A stretch of 64,000 nt of DNA from Octopus vulgaris (taxonomy: Eukaryota), in contig OX597815.1 of the NCBI GenBank assembly GCA_951406725.2, positions 2,852,001 through 2,916,000 on the forward strand, in the 5' to 3' direction. The position numbers were made by a program, and so were the translations under genes. Positions 10,335 to 21,459 of the stretch are shown here, piece after piece (the stretch's first letter is position 1; each line of letters begins with the position of its first letter). A model generated the notes under the pieces. That model searched no databases and was not told the origin of the DNA. It was given only the letters and a program-made list of their open reading frames with translations.

Positions 10335-10500
10335 TACGACAGGCTTCTTTCAGTTTCCGTCTACCAAATCCACTCACAAGGCATTGGTCGGCCTGGGGCT
10401 ATAGCGGAAGACACTTGCCCAAGATGCCACGCAGTGGGACTGAACCCGGAACCATGTGGTTGGTTAGCGAGCTACTTACCACACGGCCACTCCTGCGCCT
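10054..10500 (-). mobile_element. SINE family B, full length with internal (TA)n
   Basis: tRNA-like head, CORE-like CTTGGGCAAGTG, internal microsatellite and (GTAAAAGA)n tail. Confidence 0.9.
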
Positions 10501-10812
10501 TTAAGTAAATTTCCACACAAATAGTTGCCTGTTCTTGTAATGTTCCTTTCATCTATGCTCCCCCACCAACCATGCCCCTGTGGCTAATAAAAGAAAATAT
10601 TATTTTAAACATGTATTTAAACCCGTTTCTCTCGCTGCGTCTCTCAATTAACTCGCAAAAAAGCCATTAACAGCACCCAAAAACTGTTTATTAACCTTCG
10701 CTTGGTTTCTAATCGTATTGTCAACAAGTTTCAATGCATTTTTGTGACTTGCTTGAGTGCCACAAACTCCACTGCATCTCATATTACTCACATGTATACA
10801 CATGTACACATA

Positions 10813-10848
<36 letters not shown>

Positions 10849-10858
<10 letters not shown>

Positions 10859-11056
10859 TATTAGAGACAAAACCACTATTTTGCAAAACAAACAAGGAAA
10901 GACTTAATCAATACATAAAATTAAGTCTTTCCTTGTTTGTTTTGCAAAATAGTGGTTTTGTCTCTAATAATATTTTATAATATTTTACTATAAAATTGTA
11001 TTTAATCCTAAATCTGATTTTTTCCCTGTAAATTTGGATTTATTCCCTAATATTTA

Positions 11057-11062
<6 letters not shown>
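10849..11062 (+). mobile_element. PLE-like terminal fragment (family P3) with a perfect 60-bp inverted repeat, in (TA)n
   Basis: Arms 10849-10908 and 10920-10979 with an 11-nt spacer; 10980-11062 is homologous to 31655-31740. Confidence 0.7.
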
Positions 11063-11094
<32 letters not shown>

Positions 11095-11329
11095 TGCGTA
11101 TGTTAAGAAACGGTGACGAGTGAAAATTTTGTAAATATAATTAAAAGTTTTCACTATATATATTGACTATAGAAAATATAGTCAATATTCATACAATCTA
11201 ATATTGGGGCATATAAACCCACGACGGAAAACAATGGGTATTAGTATGCGTGGGGAACGAACGCACAACCCTTATTTTCGCGATAAGTATGCTAACCAAT
11301 TACACCAACAAATATATCCATTTCTCCCG

Positions 11330-11483
11330 TTAAATTTCAACCCCAGTACTTATCATTTTTGTAAATTTATTCTATCGGTCACCTTTGTCGAACCGCTAGA
11401 TTACGGGAATGTAACACACCAACACCGGTTATCAAGCGGTGGTGGACAAACACACGCACGCACACACACACGCACACACACAC

Positions 11484-11544
<61 letters not shown>

Positions 11545-11728
11545 CACACACACACACACATACACACACACACTTCTTTCAGTTGCAGTCTATCAAATCC
11601 ACTTACAAGGCTTTGGTTGGCCTAAGGATATGAAAGAAGGCACTTGCCCAAGGTGTCACGCAGTGGGAATGAACCCGGAACCGCGTGGTTGGGAAGATAG
11701 CTTCTTACCACACAGTCACACCTGCACT
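11330..11728 (-). mobile_element. SINE family B, diverged, with internal (CA)n
   Basis: Homology to 10054-10500. Confidence 0.75.
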
Positions 11729-11791
11729 TCTTAACAAATGAAAAAATATACACAACAGTTATACAGGCATTTGTGTATGTAGGTGTGAATA

Positions 11792-12104
11792 GTGGAGGCG
11801 CAATGGCCCTGTGGTTTGGGTAGCGGACTCGCGGTCGTAGGATCGCAGTTTCGATTCCCACTCCGGGCGTTGTGAGTGTTTATTGAGCGAAAACACCTAA
11901 AGCTCCACGAGTCCCCGGCAGGGGGTGGCGGCGATCCCTGCTGTACTCTTTCGCCACAACTTTGTCTCACTCTTTCTTCTGTTGGCCTGCTCGCTTAGCC
12001 AGCGGGGTGGCGTCATTTGAAGGCTAAAACAATGCGAAGCGCATTGTGACCAGCGATGTGTGACAACATCTGATAGCCTGGTCGGTCACGGTGATCACGG
12101 TGAT
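11792..12104 (+). mobile_element. SINE family A, tail beta
   Basis: A head and core, tail ending (CACGGTGAT)n; TSD GTGTGAATA at 11783-11791 / 12105-12113. Confidence 0.9.
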
Positions 12105-12189
12105 GTGTGAATAATCGTTTTAATTTAGATGCAAGGTTTTCAAGGCGATAATTTGTCAGTTACATCGACCCCATTATTAAACTGGTATA

Positions 12190-12400
12190 GGGTGCCGAGT
12201 GGCAGAATCATTAGCAAGCCGAACAGGATGCTTAGCGACATTTCATCCGTCTTTACGTTTTGAGTTCAAATTCCGCCGGGGCTGACTTTAACTTTCATCC
12301 TTTCATGGTCGTTAAAATAAATACCAGCTGACTACTGGGGTTGATGTAATCGTCTTATCCCCTCCCCCGATATTGCTGGCCTTGTACCAAAATGTGAAAC
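12190..12400 (+). mobile_element. SINE family C, diverged
   Basis: TGGCAGAAT..TTAG head, GAGTTCAAATTCCGCC B box and CTTTCATCCTTT core. Confidence 0.75.
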
Positions 12401-12405
12401 CATTA

Positions 12406-13074
12406 CTACTACTACTACTATGGCAATCCCTCAAGGTCGAGGATGATGGTCTTCGCGCAAATTTATTGGTGAGTCCGCAGGTGACTGATAAGACCAGTTC
12501 TTGCTCGATAAGATCGGTCGCAGTGCGGACATCTAGTACCGGAAGGGAGAGTCGCACGTGGTTGTTGTTGGCGCTCCTTCCGTCGTCGTCTTTTCTCCTC
12601 CAGCTCTGCAGACCTTTTCGACTCGAAAGTCATGAATGGTGGTTTTCCAGAGTGGTCTGTTTTTTGCCGTTTCCTCCCAGTTGGTGAAGTCAATGTCACA
12701 CTTTTTGAGGTTCGATTTCAGGGAGTCCTTGTAGCGTTTCTTCTGGCCTCCTTTTGTACGCTTGCCGTCTTTGAGTTGGGAGTAGAAGATCTGTTTGGGA
12801 AGTCGTTCGTCAGTCATTCTAACCACGTGGCCGCTCCATCTTAGTTGGCCTTTGATGACATAGGCTTCGATGCTGGTCATTTTTGCTTCTCGTAGCACGC
12901 TGACGTTAGTTCTTCTGTCTTCCCAGCTGATGTTGAGGATCTTCCGAAGACAGCGTTGGTGAAATTTCTCGAGTGTTTTCAGGTGGTGACTATACGGGGT
13001 CCAGGTTTCGGATGCGTAAAGTTTTTGCTGATCGGGACATCCGAACCGAAACCAAACTTATGGTGTACAGGGCA
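12406..13074 (-). mobile_element. RTE-clade LINE 3' fragment with inverted 5' segment
   Basis: LYASETWT..QRCLRKIL..QLRWSGHVVRM..RLPKQIFY..C2H2 CPHCDRSY..HLRTH, then a (TAG)n tail. TSD GTGAAACCATTA at 12394-12405 / 13075-13086. Confidence 0.93.
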
Positions 13075-13539
13075 GTGAAACCATTATTAGACTAGTATAT
13101 CGTATTATTGACCCCGAAGGGAGGAAAAGCAAAGGTGATTTCAGCGGAATTTGAACTCGGATCGTAAAGCGCCAGAACAATTACTGCAAAGTATTTCTCG
13201 ATGCTCTAAAGGTTCTGCCAACTCATTTAGACACGTGACAAGCAGTTTGGAGTGAAGGGGCAAAGTACTTGAAGGGTGCATTATTTGAGTGACCCCTGAG
13301 TTTAAATCTTCGCTAGATTAACTTTGCCTTCCATGCAGAAGGATGAAAGACGAAGATGGCCTTGGCGAGACTTGAACTCAGAACGTAATGCATGTATGAA
13401 TCCCGGTATCAAGGTATCCACCAATCTATTGTATGTCGTTACACATCGCTAGTCATAATGCGCTTCGCATTGCTTTAGCTTTTGAACGACGCCACCCCAC
13501 TGGCTAGGCGAGCAGGCCAACAGTCTCTCTGGTTTGAAG

Positions 13540-13930
13540 GCTAGTCCACTACAGGGTGACCCCTATTTACAGCTGAGTGAACTGGTGCGAGGTGAAATGA
13601 AAAGTTTTGTTCAAGAACTCAACGGTCAGGGATTCGAACCCATGATCTAGCGATCGTAAATGCAGCAATACCTATTTCTTTGCTACCCACAAGGGGACGA
13701 ACAAGGACAGGCAAACGGATTAAGTCGATTACATCGACCGCAGTGCGTAACTGGTACTTAATTTATCGACCCCGAAAGGACGAAAGGCAAAGTCGACCTC
13801 GGCGGAATTTAAACTCAGAACGTAACGGCAGACGAAATAAGGCTACGCATTTTGCCCGGCGTGCTAACAATTCTGCCAGCCCGCCGCCTTATGAATGCAG
13901 CAAACCCTAACCACTAGGCCACGTGACTCT
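13540..13930 (-). mobile_element. Old tRNA-SINE (family D) interrupted by a family C SINE at 13673-13888
   Basis: GTGGCCTAGTGGTTAGGG...GGTTCGAATCCC is split by the C copy, with approximate TSD AATGCAGCAA(T)ACC. Relatives at 28340-28495 and 54100-54290. Confidence 0.7.
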
Positions 13931-14376
13931 ACGTATATCTAAATAACAAAACTAATGCCGTGTGTGCCCGGTCTGGGCTCCTTCTTTTACATAATCTTGC
14001 TCCTTGTTCGCGCTCTTTCTTAGCTCATGCAAGTCTTAAGCATTGCAAATAGTATTTAGCACAAATCGCAGAAAAATTCCTGTTGCGACGAACAACTCTT
14101 GTGACGTGGTTGAGGATGTGATTGTGTGTTTGGGCGGGTTTCGAGTAGGAGATGGGGTGTGCGTGTGAGTGTCTTGTTAAGAGTATATATGTCTATGGGG
14201 TGGATTAATATGTAAGTGATGTGTGTGTTTGAAAGAGAAAGGAAATAGAGAAAGAGGGGAGAAAGAGAGAGAGTGCAAAGTGTGTGTGCTTATGGGGGGA
14301 GGGGTAAGGTGTGCTTATTTTTCAGTTTCTAAGGAATATATTCCCACCCACAAAACGTGTACGTGAAAAAGAGGGT

Positions 14377-14377
<1 letters not shown>

Positions 14378-14428
<51 letters not shown>

Positions 14429-14567
14429 CAGACAGATAGATAGATAGACAGACAGATAGATAGATAGACAGACAGACCGATAGACAGACAGACAGGTAGA
14501 TACATAGACAGACAGGCAGGCAGGTAGGCAGACAGACAGACAGACAGATAGATAGATAGATATATAT

Positions 14568-14599
<32 letters not shown>

Positions 14600-14629
14600 G
14601 CAGGCAGAAAGACAGACAGACAGACAGAC

Positions 14630-14687
<58 letters not shown>

Positions 14688-14753
14688 GTAGATAGATGGA
14701 TAGATAGAGTGTGAAGGAGTGAGTGTTTAGCTCATAATTAGAGAGAGGGAGAG

Positions 14754-14790
<37 letters not shown>
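14378..14790. repeat. (GATA/GACA)n and (GA)n microsatellite block
   Basis: Visible directly in the sequence. Confidence 0.95.
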
Positions 14791-14792
<2 letters not shown>

Positions 14793-15025
14793 GAAGCACG
14801 CACACGTGTTTGTGAGTATGTGGAGAAAAAAAGAGAGGTTGTGAGTGAGAGCGAAAGAGTGAGAGAGAGAGAGAGCGAAGAAGGGAGAGGTGGGAGTAGT
14901 AATTCTGGTGTTCTTTTCTCCCGGACTGAACCACTTTTAGTAAACTAATTGGTTCATATTTCTGTCAACAGATGTGTAAATATGTATAGACGTAAGATGG
15001 CGGTGACTGCTGGCGTTACTCTACA

Positions 15026-15123
15026 GTGTGTGTGTGTATGTGTGTGTGTATGTGTGTGTGTGTGTGTGTGTTGTATACGTTTATGTGTGTGTGTGCCTGT
15101 GTGTGTGTGTGTGTGTATACGTT

Positions 15124-15169
<46 letters not shown>

Positions 15170-15401
15170 CGTTTATGTGTGTGTGCCTGTATGTGTATGT
15201 GTGTGTGTGTATGTGTGTGTGTATGTGTGCGTGTGTATATACATATACATATATATATATATATATACGTTTATGTGTGTGTGCCTGTATGTGTATGTAT
15301 GTGTATATGTGTGCGTGTGTATATACATATACATATATATATATATACGTTTATGTGTGTGTGCCTGTGTATATGTGTGTGTGTGTGTATGTGTGTGTGT
15401 A

Positions 15402-15433
<32 letters not shown>

Positions 15434-15650
15434 CGTTTATGTGTATGTGCCTGTGTGTGTATGTATGTGTATGTGTGTGTATATATATATATATACGTTT
15501 ATGTGTGTGTGACTGTGTGTGTATGTATGTGTATATGTGTGTGTGTGTATGTGTGTGTATATGTGTGCGTGTGTATATACACATATATATATATACGTTT
15601 ATATGTGTGTGCATGTGTGTATATGTGTGTGTGTGCATGTGTGTTTGTGT
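15026..15650. repeat. Compound (TG)/(TA) array with higher-order unit marked by ATACGTTTATGTG..GCCTGT
   Basis: The marker motif recurs about 8 times. Confidence 0.9.
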
Positions 15651-16313
15651 GCAGTTATATGCTGGCGATTGAAGGGGTGTAGAGTGTATGTCCGTATGTG
15701 AGTGTGAGAGTGACAAAGAGAGAGAGAGAGAGAGAAATAAGGCTAAGAATGTTTATTAAAGAGAAAATGTGTGTGTGTGAGAGAGAGAGAGAGAAGAGAG
15801 ACTGGGAGTGAAAAGAGAGTCGGAAGGCGAGTGAGTGAGAAAGAGAGCGAGAGAGAATGTGAAAAAAAAATAGGTTTCTGAAGGTGCTCATAAGTATTTG
15901 TGTTTGTATGAAGATGGGGAAGAGAGAGAGAGAGAGGAAGAGAGAGGGAGAGAGAGAGAGAGAGAGAGAGAGGAAGAAAGAGGGTGAGAGGAAGAGAGAG
16001 AGAGAGGGTGAGAGAGGATGGAATTATGCATGTGTGTGTAAATGTGTCTTCGTATGCTCGACCCTGCCCTAATTGAAGATTTTATGGAACATGCACACAC
16101 ACACGCACGCACACAGTCGCACACACACGCACACAGTTGCACACACATAGGTGTACACACATGCACACAGGTAAAGTTCTGTGTGTGTGTGTGTTCACAT
16201 GTGTACAGTATTAGTACGTCAAGTTGGCTGTATTAAGCGCCAAGAATTAAGTTATTTCTGAGCTCTTTCTTTCTCTCTCTCTCTCCCTCTCTCCCTTCCC
16301 ACCTCTCTCTCTC

Positions 16314-16344
<31 letters not shown>

Positions 16345-16785
16345 AACAACAACCACATACATATATTCACATACCCACACACACACACACACACATAATT
16401 TACTGTCAATACTTTCAGTTTCCATCGATCAGACATCAAATCACTGGACATGTGACATGCACTATATACATACAGACACGTATATATGCATGCATGCATA
16501 TTATGTATGTATGTATGCATGCGTGTATATATTGCATGTATGTATGTATTTATGTGAATGTGTGAGTGTATTTGTCTCTCACTATAGCCGAACAACCTGT
16601 GTCGGTTTGTTTACACTCCTGTAACATAGCGGTTCGACTAAAAGGACCCAATAGAATGAGTGCGATGATGTTTTTCTAAAATAAGAACTGGGATCGATTC
16701 GTTCATCTAAAACCCTCCAAAGCAGTGCTCTAGTATGGCCGCCGTCCAGTCACTGAAGCACGTAAACAAACGATAAATATCTGTC

Positions 16786-16816
<31 letters not shown>

Positions 16817-17517
16817 TTGTGTATATGTGTGCGCGCGAGGATGTGCATACATACACACATGTATGCATGGATGTGTATCTATACCTCTGTGTGTGTGTAC
16901 GTGCGTATGTGTGTGTATACGCGAGATGAAAACAATTGAATAGTGTATCTAGTACAGCTACAATCGTTTCATTAAAAGTCTTCAGTGTAACGTAAGGATA
17001 ATACAATCAGATATACATTATGCACAACATCCATAAGATTACGTAATATTTTGCGCAAATCCCAATTCATCAGGCGACCAAATAAAAAAGCGACCAGAGA
17101 CATGCTAATCAATCGTTGACGATCCGTTGATTAGTCAAAATGTCACCGCTCGCTTTTCTGTTTAATAGCCTGTTGCATAACATTATGTCTTCTTCTGGGA
17201 GTTGTGCAGAATGCTTACGTCACGACAATAAAAAAATCTTAACGAAACAATTGTAGCAGCATCATATAAGCCTTTCATGTTTTTGTCAATATGTTTTTAT
17301 GCCATGCATAAGGTTCCATTCATCGTTAGATTCTTCTTGGCTACTACTGGAGTCGTGAATTACTGAACAATGAACTTCCCTTCATTAATGCATTCTGCGC
17401 CATGATAATGGATTAATTACCTCTGTTGTGGGTCATTCTGTCCAACCAGTTTGTGGCGTGCTTCACTTTGATATGTATCGATCCTATAAAGATTTCCTGT
17501 AGTCAAACTCTCTCTCC

Positions 17518-17580
<63 letters not shown>

Positions 17581-17904
17581 CACACACAAACGTTTCATTC
17601 AAGTGTAAATTTTGTGTCATTTGATTCTCTGTCTGAAGAATTTCTAATCGGAGATATTTTACTTGTTTTCTACTACTTGTACAATTTTGAAACTCCTGTT
17701 AGCAAATGAAACACGTGTAATGGTGAATATGTAATACCCCAAAAATGTTCCATCTCCTGTGTTGATATTATTAATCTGCAAAAAACGTATTCCAGAATTT
17801 TTAACTCTCACGCATACATCACACAAATGTAACCATCTACATGCGGATTTGAAATACTAAAGTAAGTACATGTACTTCAAGAGGACACAGCTTGGATTTT
17901 AACT

Positions 17905-18119
17905 ACACATGCACACACACGAACACATGCACGCACGCACACACACACACACACGCACGCACACACCCGAACCCATGAACGTGCGCATACACACACACAC
18001 ATGCACACACACGAACACATGCACGCACGCACACACATGCACACACACGAACACATGCATGCACGCACACACACACACACGCACACGCACACGCACACAC
18101 ACGAACACATGCATGCACG

Positions 18120-18150
<31 letters not shown>

Positions 18151-18575
18151 ACACACGAACACATGCATGCACGCACACACACACACATGCACACGCACAC
18201 GCACACACACGAACACATGCACGCACGCACATGCACACACACGAACACATGAACGCACGCACACACATATGCACATACACGAACACATGCACACACACAC
18301 ACCTGCACACACACGAACACATGCACGCACGCACGTACACACACACACACACACACACACGAACACATGCACGCACGCACACACACACACACACACACAC
18401 ACATGCACACACACGAACACATGCACGCACGCACACACACACACACGCACACACACGAATACATGCACGCACGCACACACACACACACGCACACACGAAC
18501 ACATGCACGCACACACACACACACACACATGCACACACTCGAACACACGCACGTACGCTCGCACGCATACACACA
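17905..18575. repeat. Compound (CA)n array with higher-order unit CACGAACACATGCACGCACG
   Basis: The marker motif recurs more than 12 times. Confidence 0.9.
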
Positions 18576-18793
18576 CATAATAACGAATTGTAGTGAGAAG
18601 TTGAAATGCATCTCAACCATTTTTGAATTTGCCTCAAGTTTGTTTAAAGCCAAAACATCAGCAGTAAGACATGCAGGAAGGCTCGAAGTGGACACAGCTA
18701 GCTAACCTATGACCTGTGACTAACTGGCTGTTTAGGCTCGGACCAATCACACCAGTGCTCAAAGACGTCCCAGTCGAAACCATTCCGTATACC

Positions 18794-19452
18794 TATTTCT
18801 TTACTACCTCCAAGGGGCTAAACATAGAGGGGACAAACAAGGACAGACATAGGTATTAAGTCGATTACATCGACCCCAGTGAGTAACTGGTACTTAATTT
18901 ACGGCGGCGAGCTGGCAGAAACGTTAGCACGCCGGGCGAAATGCTTAGCGGTATTTCGTCTGCCGTTACGTTCTGAGTTCAAATTCCGCCGAGGTCGACT
19001 TTGCCTTTCATCCTTTCGGGGTCGATAAATTAAGTACCAATTACGCACTGGGGTCGATGTAATCGACTTAATACCTATGTCTGTCCTTGTTTGTCCCCTC
19101 TGTTTTTAGCCCCTTGTGGGTAATAAAGAAATCGGTACTTAATTTATCGACCCCGAAAGGATGAAAGGCAAAGTCGAGCTCGGCGGAATTTGAACTTAGA
19201 ACGTAGCGACAGGAGAAATACTATTTCTTTACTACCCACAAGGAACTAAACACAGAGAGGACAATCAAAGACAGACAAACGGATTAAGTCAATTACATCG
19301 ACCCCAGTGCGTAACTGGTACTTAATTTATCGACCCCGAAAGAATGAAAGGTAAAGTCGACCTCGGCAGAATTTGAACTCAGAACGTAAAGACAGACGAA
19401 ATACTGCAAAACATTTCGACCGGTATGCTAACATTCCTGCCAGCTCACCGCC
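18794..19452 (-). mobile_element. SINE family C dimer containing a nested antisense C copy (18902-19133, +)
   Basis: The nested copy is flanked by TSD GGTACTTAATTTA at 18889-18901 / 19134-19146. Outer TSD TATACC at 18788-18793 / 19453-19458. Confidence 0.9.
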
Positions 19453-19464
19453 TATACCATTTAA

Positions 19465-19825
19465 TCTTTTACTTGATTCCCTTCTTAGACTGCGGCCACG
19501 CTGGAGCACCACCTTGAAGAATTTTTAGTCGAATGAATTGACCGCAGTACATATTTGTTGTTTTTGAAAGCCTGGTACTTATCCTATCGCTCTCTTTTGT
19601 CGAACCGCTATGTTACCGGAACGTAAACACACCAGCTCCAATTGTCAAGCGATGATTGGGGACAAACACTCACACACACATATATATTCGATGGGCTTCT
19701 TTTAGTTTCCATCCACCAAATCCACTCACAATGCTTTGGTCAGCTCGATGCCATAGTAGGAGACACTTGCCCAAAGCACCACGCTCTGGGACTGTACCCG
19801 GAACCACGTGGTTGGGAAGCAAACG
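19465..19825 (-). mobile_element. SINE family B, diverged
   Basis: Homology to the B consensus. Confidence 0.8.
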
Positions 19826-20413
19826 ACGGATTTCCACACAGCTACCAAATTCACTCTCGCCCCGGGTAGAAGACTCTTGCTACCGATTCGGCTCACTGGT
19901 ACACAAAATATGAAACCGTGTGGTTGCGAAATGAATTCCTTCAGCTCACAACCTTGCCTGCGCCTGCCATATTTTGGTGGAAATGGATTCTAGCTTATCG
20001 CAGGAAATATGAACTTGTTGATATCAACTTCTATAACTTTCTGTTAATTTTAGCAAACATCTTCGACTGACATATTTCTACATACCATCCTGACTCGCTC
20101 ACATCATTCATTCCTTATGTGCCTTCGTTTCTGTTATGCACTATACTTCTTAATGTCAGCGTAGTATAGCCAAATGGTTAAGGAGTTCGCTTCGCAACGA
20201 CGAGATCCAGAGGTCGATCCCACAGCTTGGCATCTTGTTTAAGTGTAATTTTCTAGAGCCCATACATTAAGAGAGAAATTGGAGAGAACGGAAGTGAACA
20301 GAGTCACGTCCGGTGGATTGTACTTAAATTCAAAAGACATAGCTTTGTCACACATCATGGAACGCTGGTTATGCCTTAGAATCTCGTTAAAGGTAAGCGT
20401 GTAAAGGTAAGCA

Positions 20414-20667
20414 AGGCGGCGAGCTGGCAGAAACGTGAGCACGCTGGGCGAAATGCTTAGCGGTATTTTGTCTGCCGCTACGTTCTGAGTTCAAATTACG
20501 CCGAGGTCGACTTTGCCTTTCATCCTTTTTGCTTTGCCTTTCCCTTGGATAACACTGGTGGCGTGGAGAGGGGAGGCCGGTATGCATAAACCTTTCCGGA
20601 TTTGCCCTGGGAGGGTAACTTTCTAGGTGCAATCCCATGGTCAGTGTCGTGACCGAAGGGGGTCTCA
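20414..20667 (+). mobile_element. SINE C 5' half fused to an unrelated tail
   Basis: The C head runs to TTGCCTTTCATCC, then switches at a repeated CTTTGCCTTTC to a tail ending GTGACCGAAGGGGGTCTC. Confidence 0.65.
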
Positions 20668-20668
20668 G

Positions 20669-20713
<45 letters not shown>

Positions 20714-20779
20714 AACTATAAAATAAGATGTGAGAGATGAATACAAATTTATTGTTTCCATTTGATTTCCGTATGTCCG

Positions 20780-21170
20780 GCATTCGCCATGATTGATCGC
20801 TAGCCACTAAACCTTATTTATTATTTTTTTTATTTTCTCTCCCTGTTTATTTCTGTGTTCCTTTCTGTCGAAGAGCGTAGGCTCGAAACGTAAAAGACTT
20901 TCTCACTTCCCGACCGTTAAACTAATACATCTGTTTGTTGTTTAAACACCCAGTCGCCATGATAGGTCGGTAGCCACTACACACATTTTTTTCTCTTCTT
21001 TTTTCTCTTCTTGTTTCTCTCCTTGTTTTTTTTCTGTGTATCTTTCTGTAGAAGAGCGTAGGCTGGAAACGTAAAAGACTTTTTTAATTCCTGAGCGTTA
21101 TACTAATACATCTGCTTGTTTTGTACACCACCTGCCTTCGTCTTTTGTTTTTGGTTTTTTTGTGAACTCT

Positions 21171-21172
<2 letters not shown>
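20780..21172 (+). mobile_element. Tandem PLE-like terminal repeats (family P2) with two hammerhead-like motifs
   Basis: ~180-bp direct repeat with motifs at 20861-20897 and 21041-21078; ends in (TA)n. Confidence 0.7.
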
Positions 21173-21209
<37 letters not shown>

Positions 21210-21459
21210 GTAAACAGAAAATGGAGAAAATATTTACTTTAAATTTGACTCCGGATAAACTCATGTTTATCTTTGTCATTGCCTGTAACCTATTAGCATA
21301 ATATGCTTGCATATGTATGCCCAGAGTTAACATAGGTATTTATATCGGTAGTAAAATGGATATCTTTTATCCCTTAGACGGTTATTCCAACCTCTAATTC
21401 TACTAGCCTTTATATGTATATAATACATACATATATACACACATAAATATCTATGTATG

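Noticed and set aside
11251-11310. tRNA-like sequence on the minus strand (and SINE heads elsewhere) as tRNA genes
   Set aside because: A/B boxes are present but there is no complete acceptor stem or cloverleaf; best read as SINE heads.
14960-15003. Possible micro-exon (CAACAG|...|GTAAGA) and YY1-like AAGATGGCGG
   Set aside because: Single short motifs with an in-frame stop after the ATG; not distinguishable from chance without RNA data.
17905-18575. Regularly spaced repeat resembling a CRISPR array
   Set aside because: The spacers are (CA)n rather than unique sequence, the context is eukaryotic, and there are no cas genes.
14329-18705. Long ORFs (CVCV.., HTHT.., YIYI..) here and throughout the ORF track
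   Set aside because: Translations of di- and tri-nucleotide microsatellites with no coding signal.
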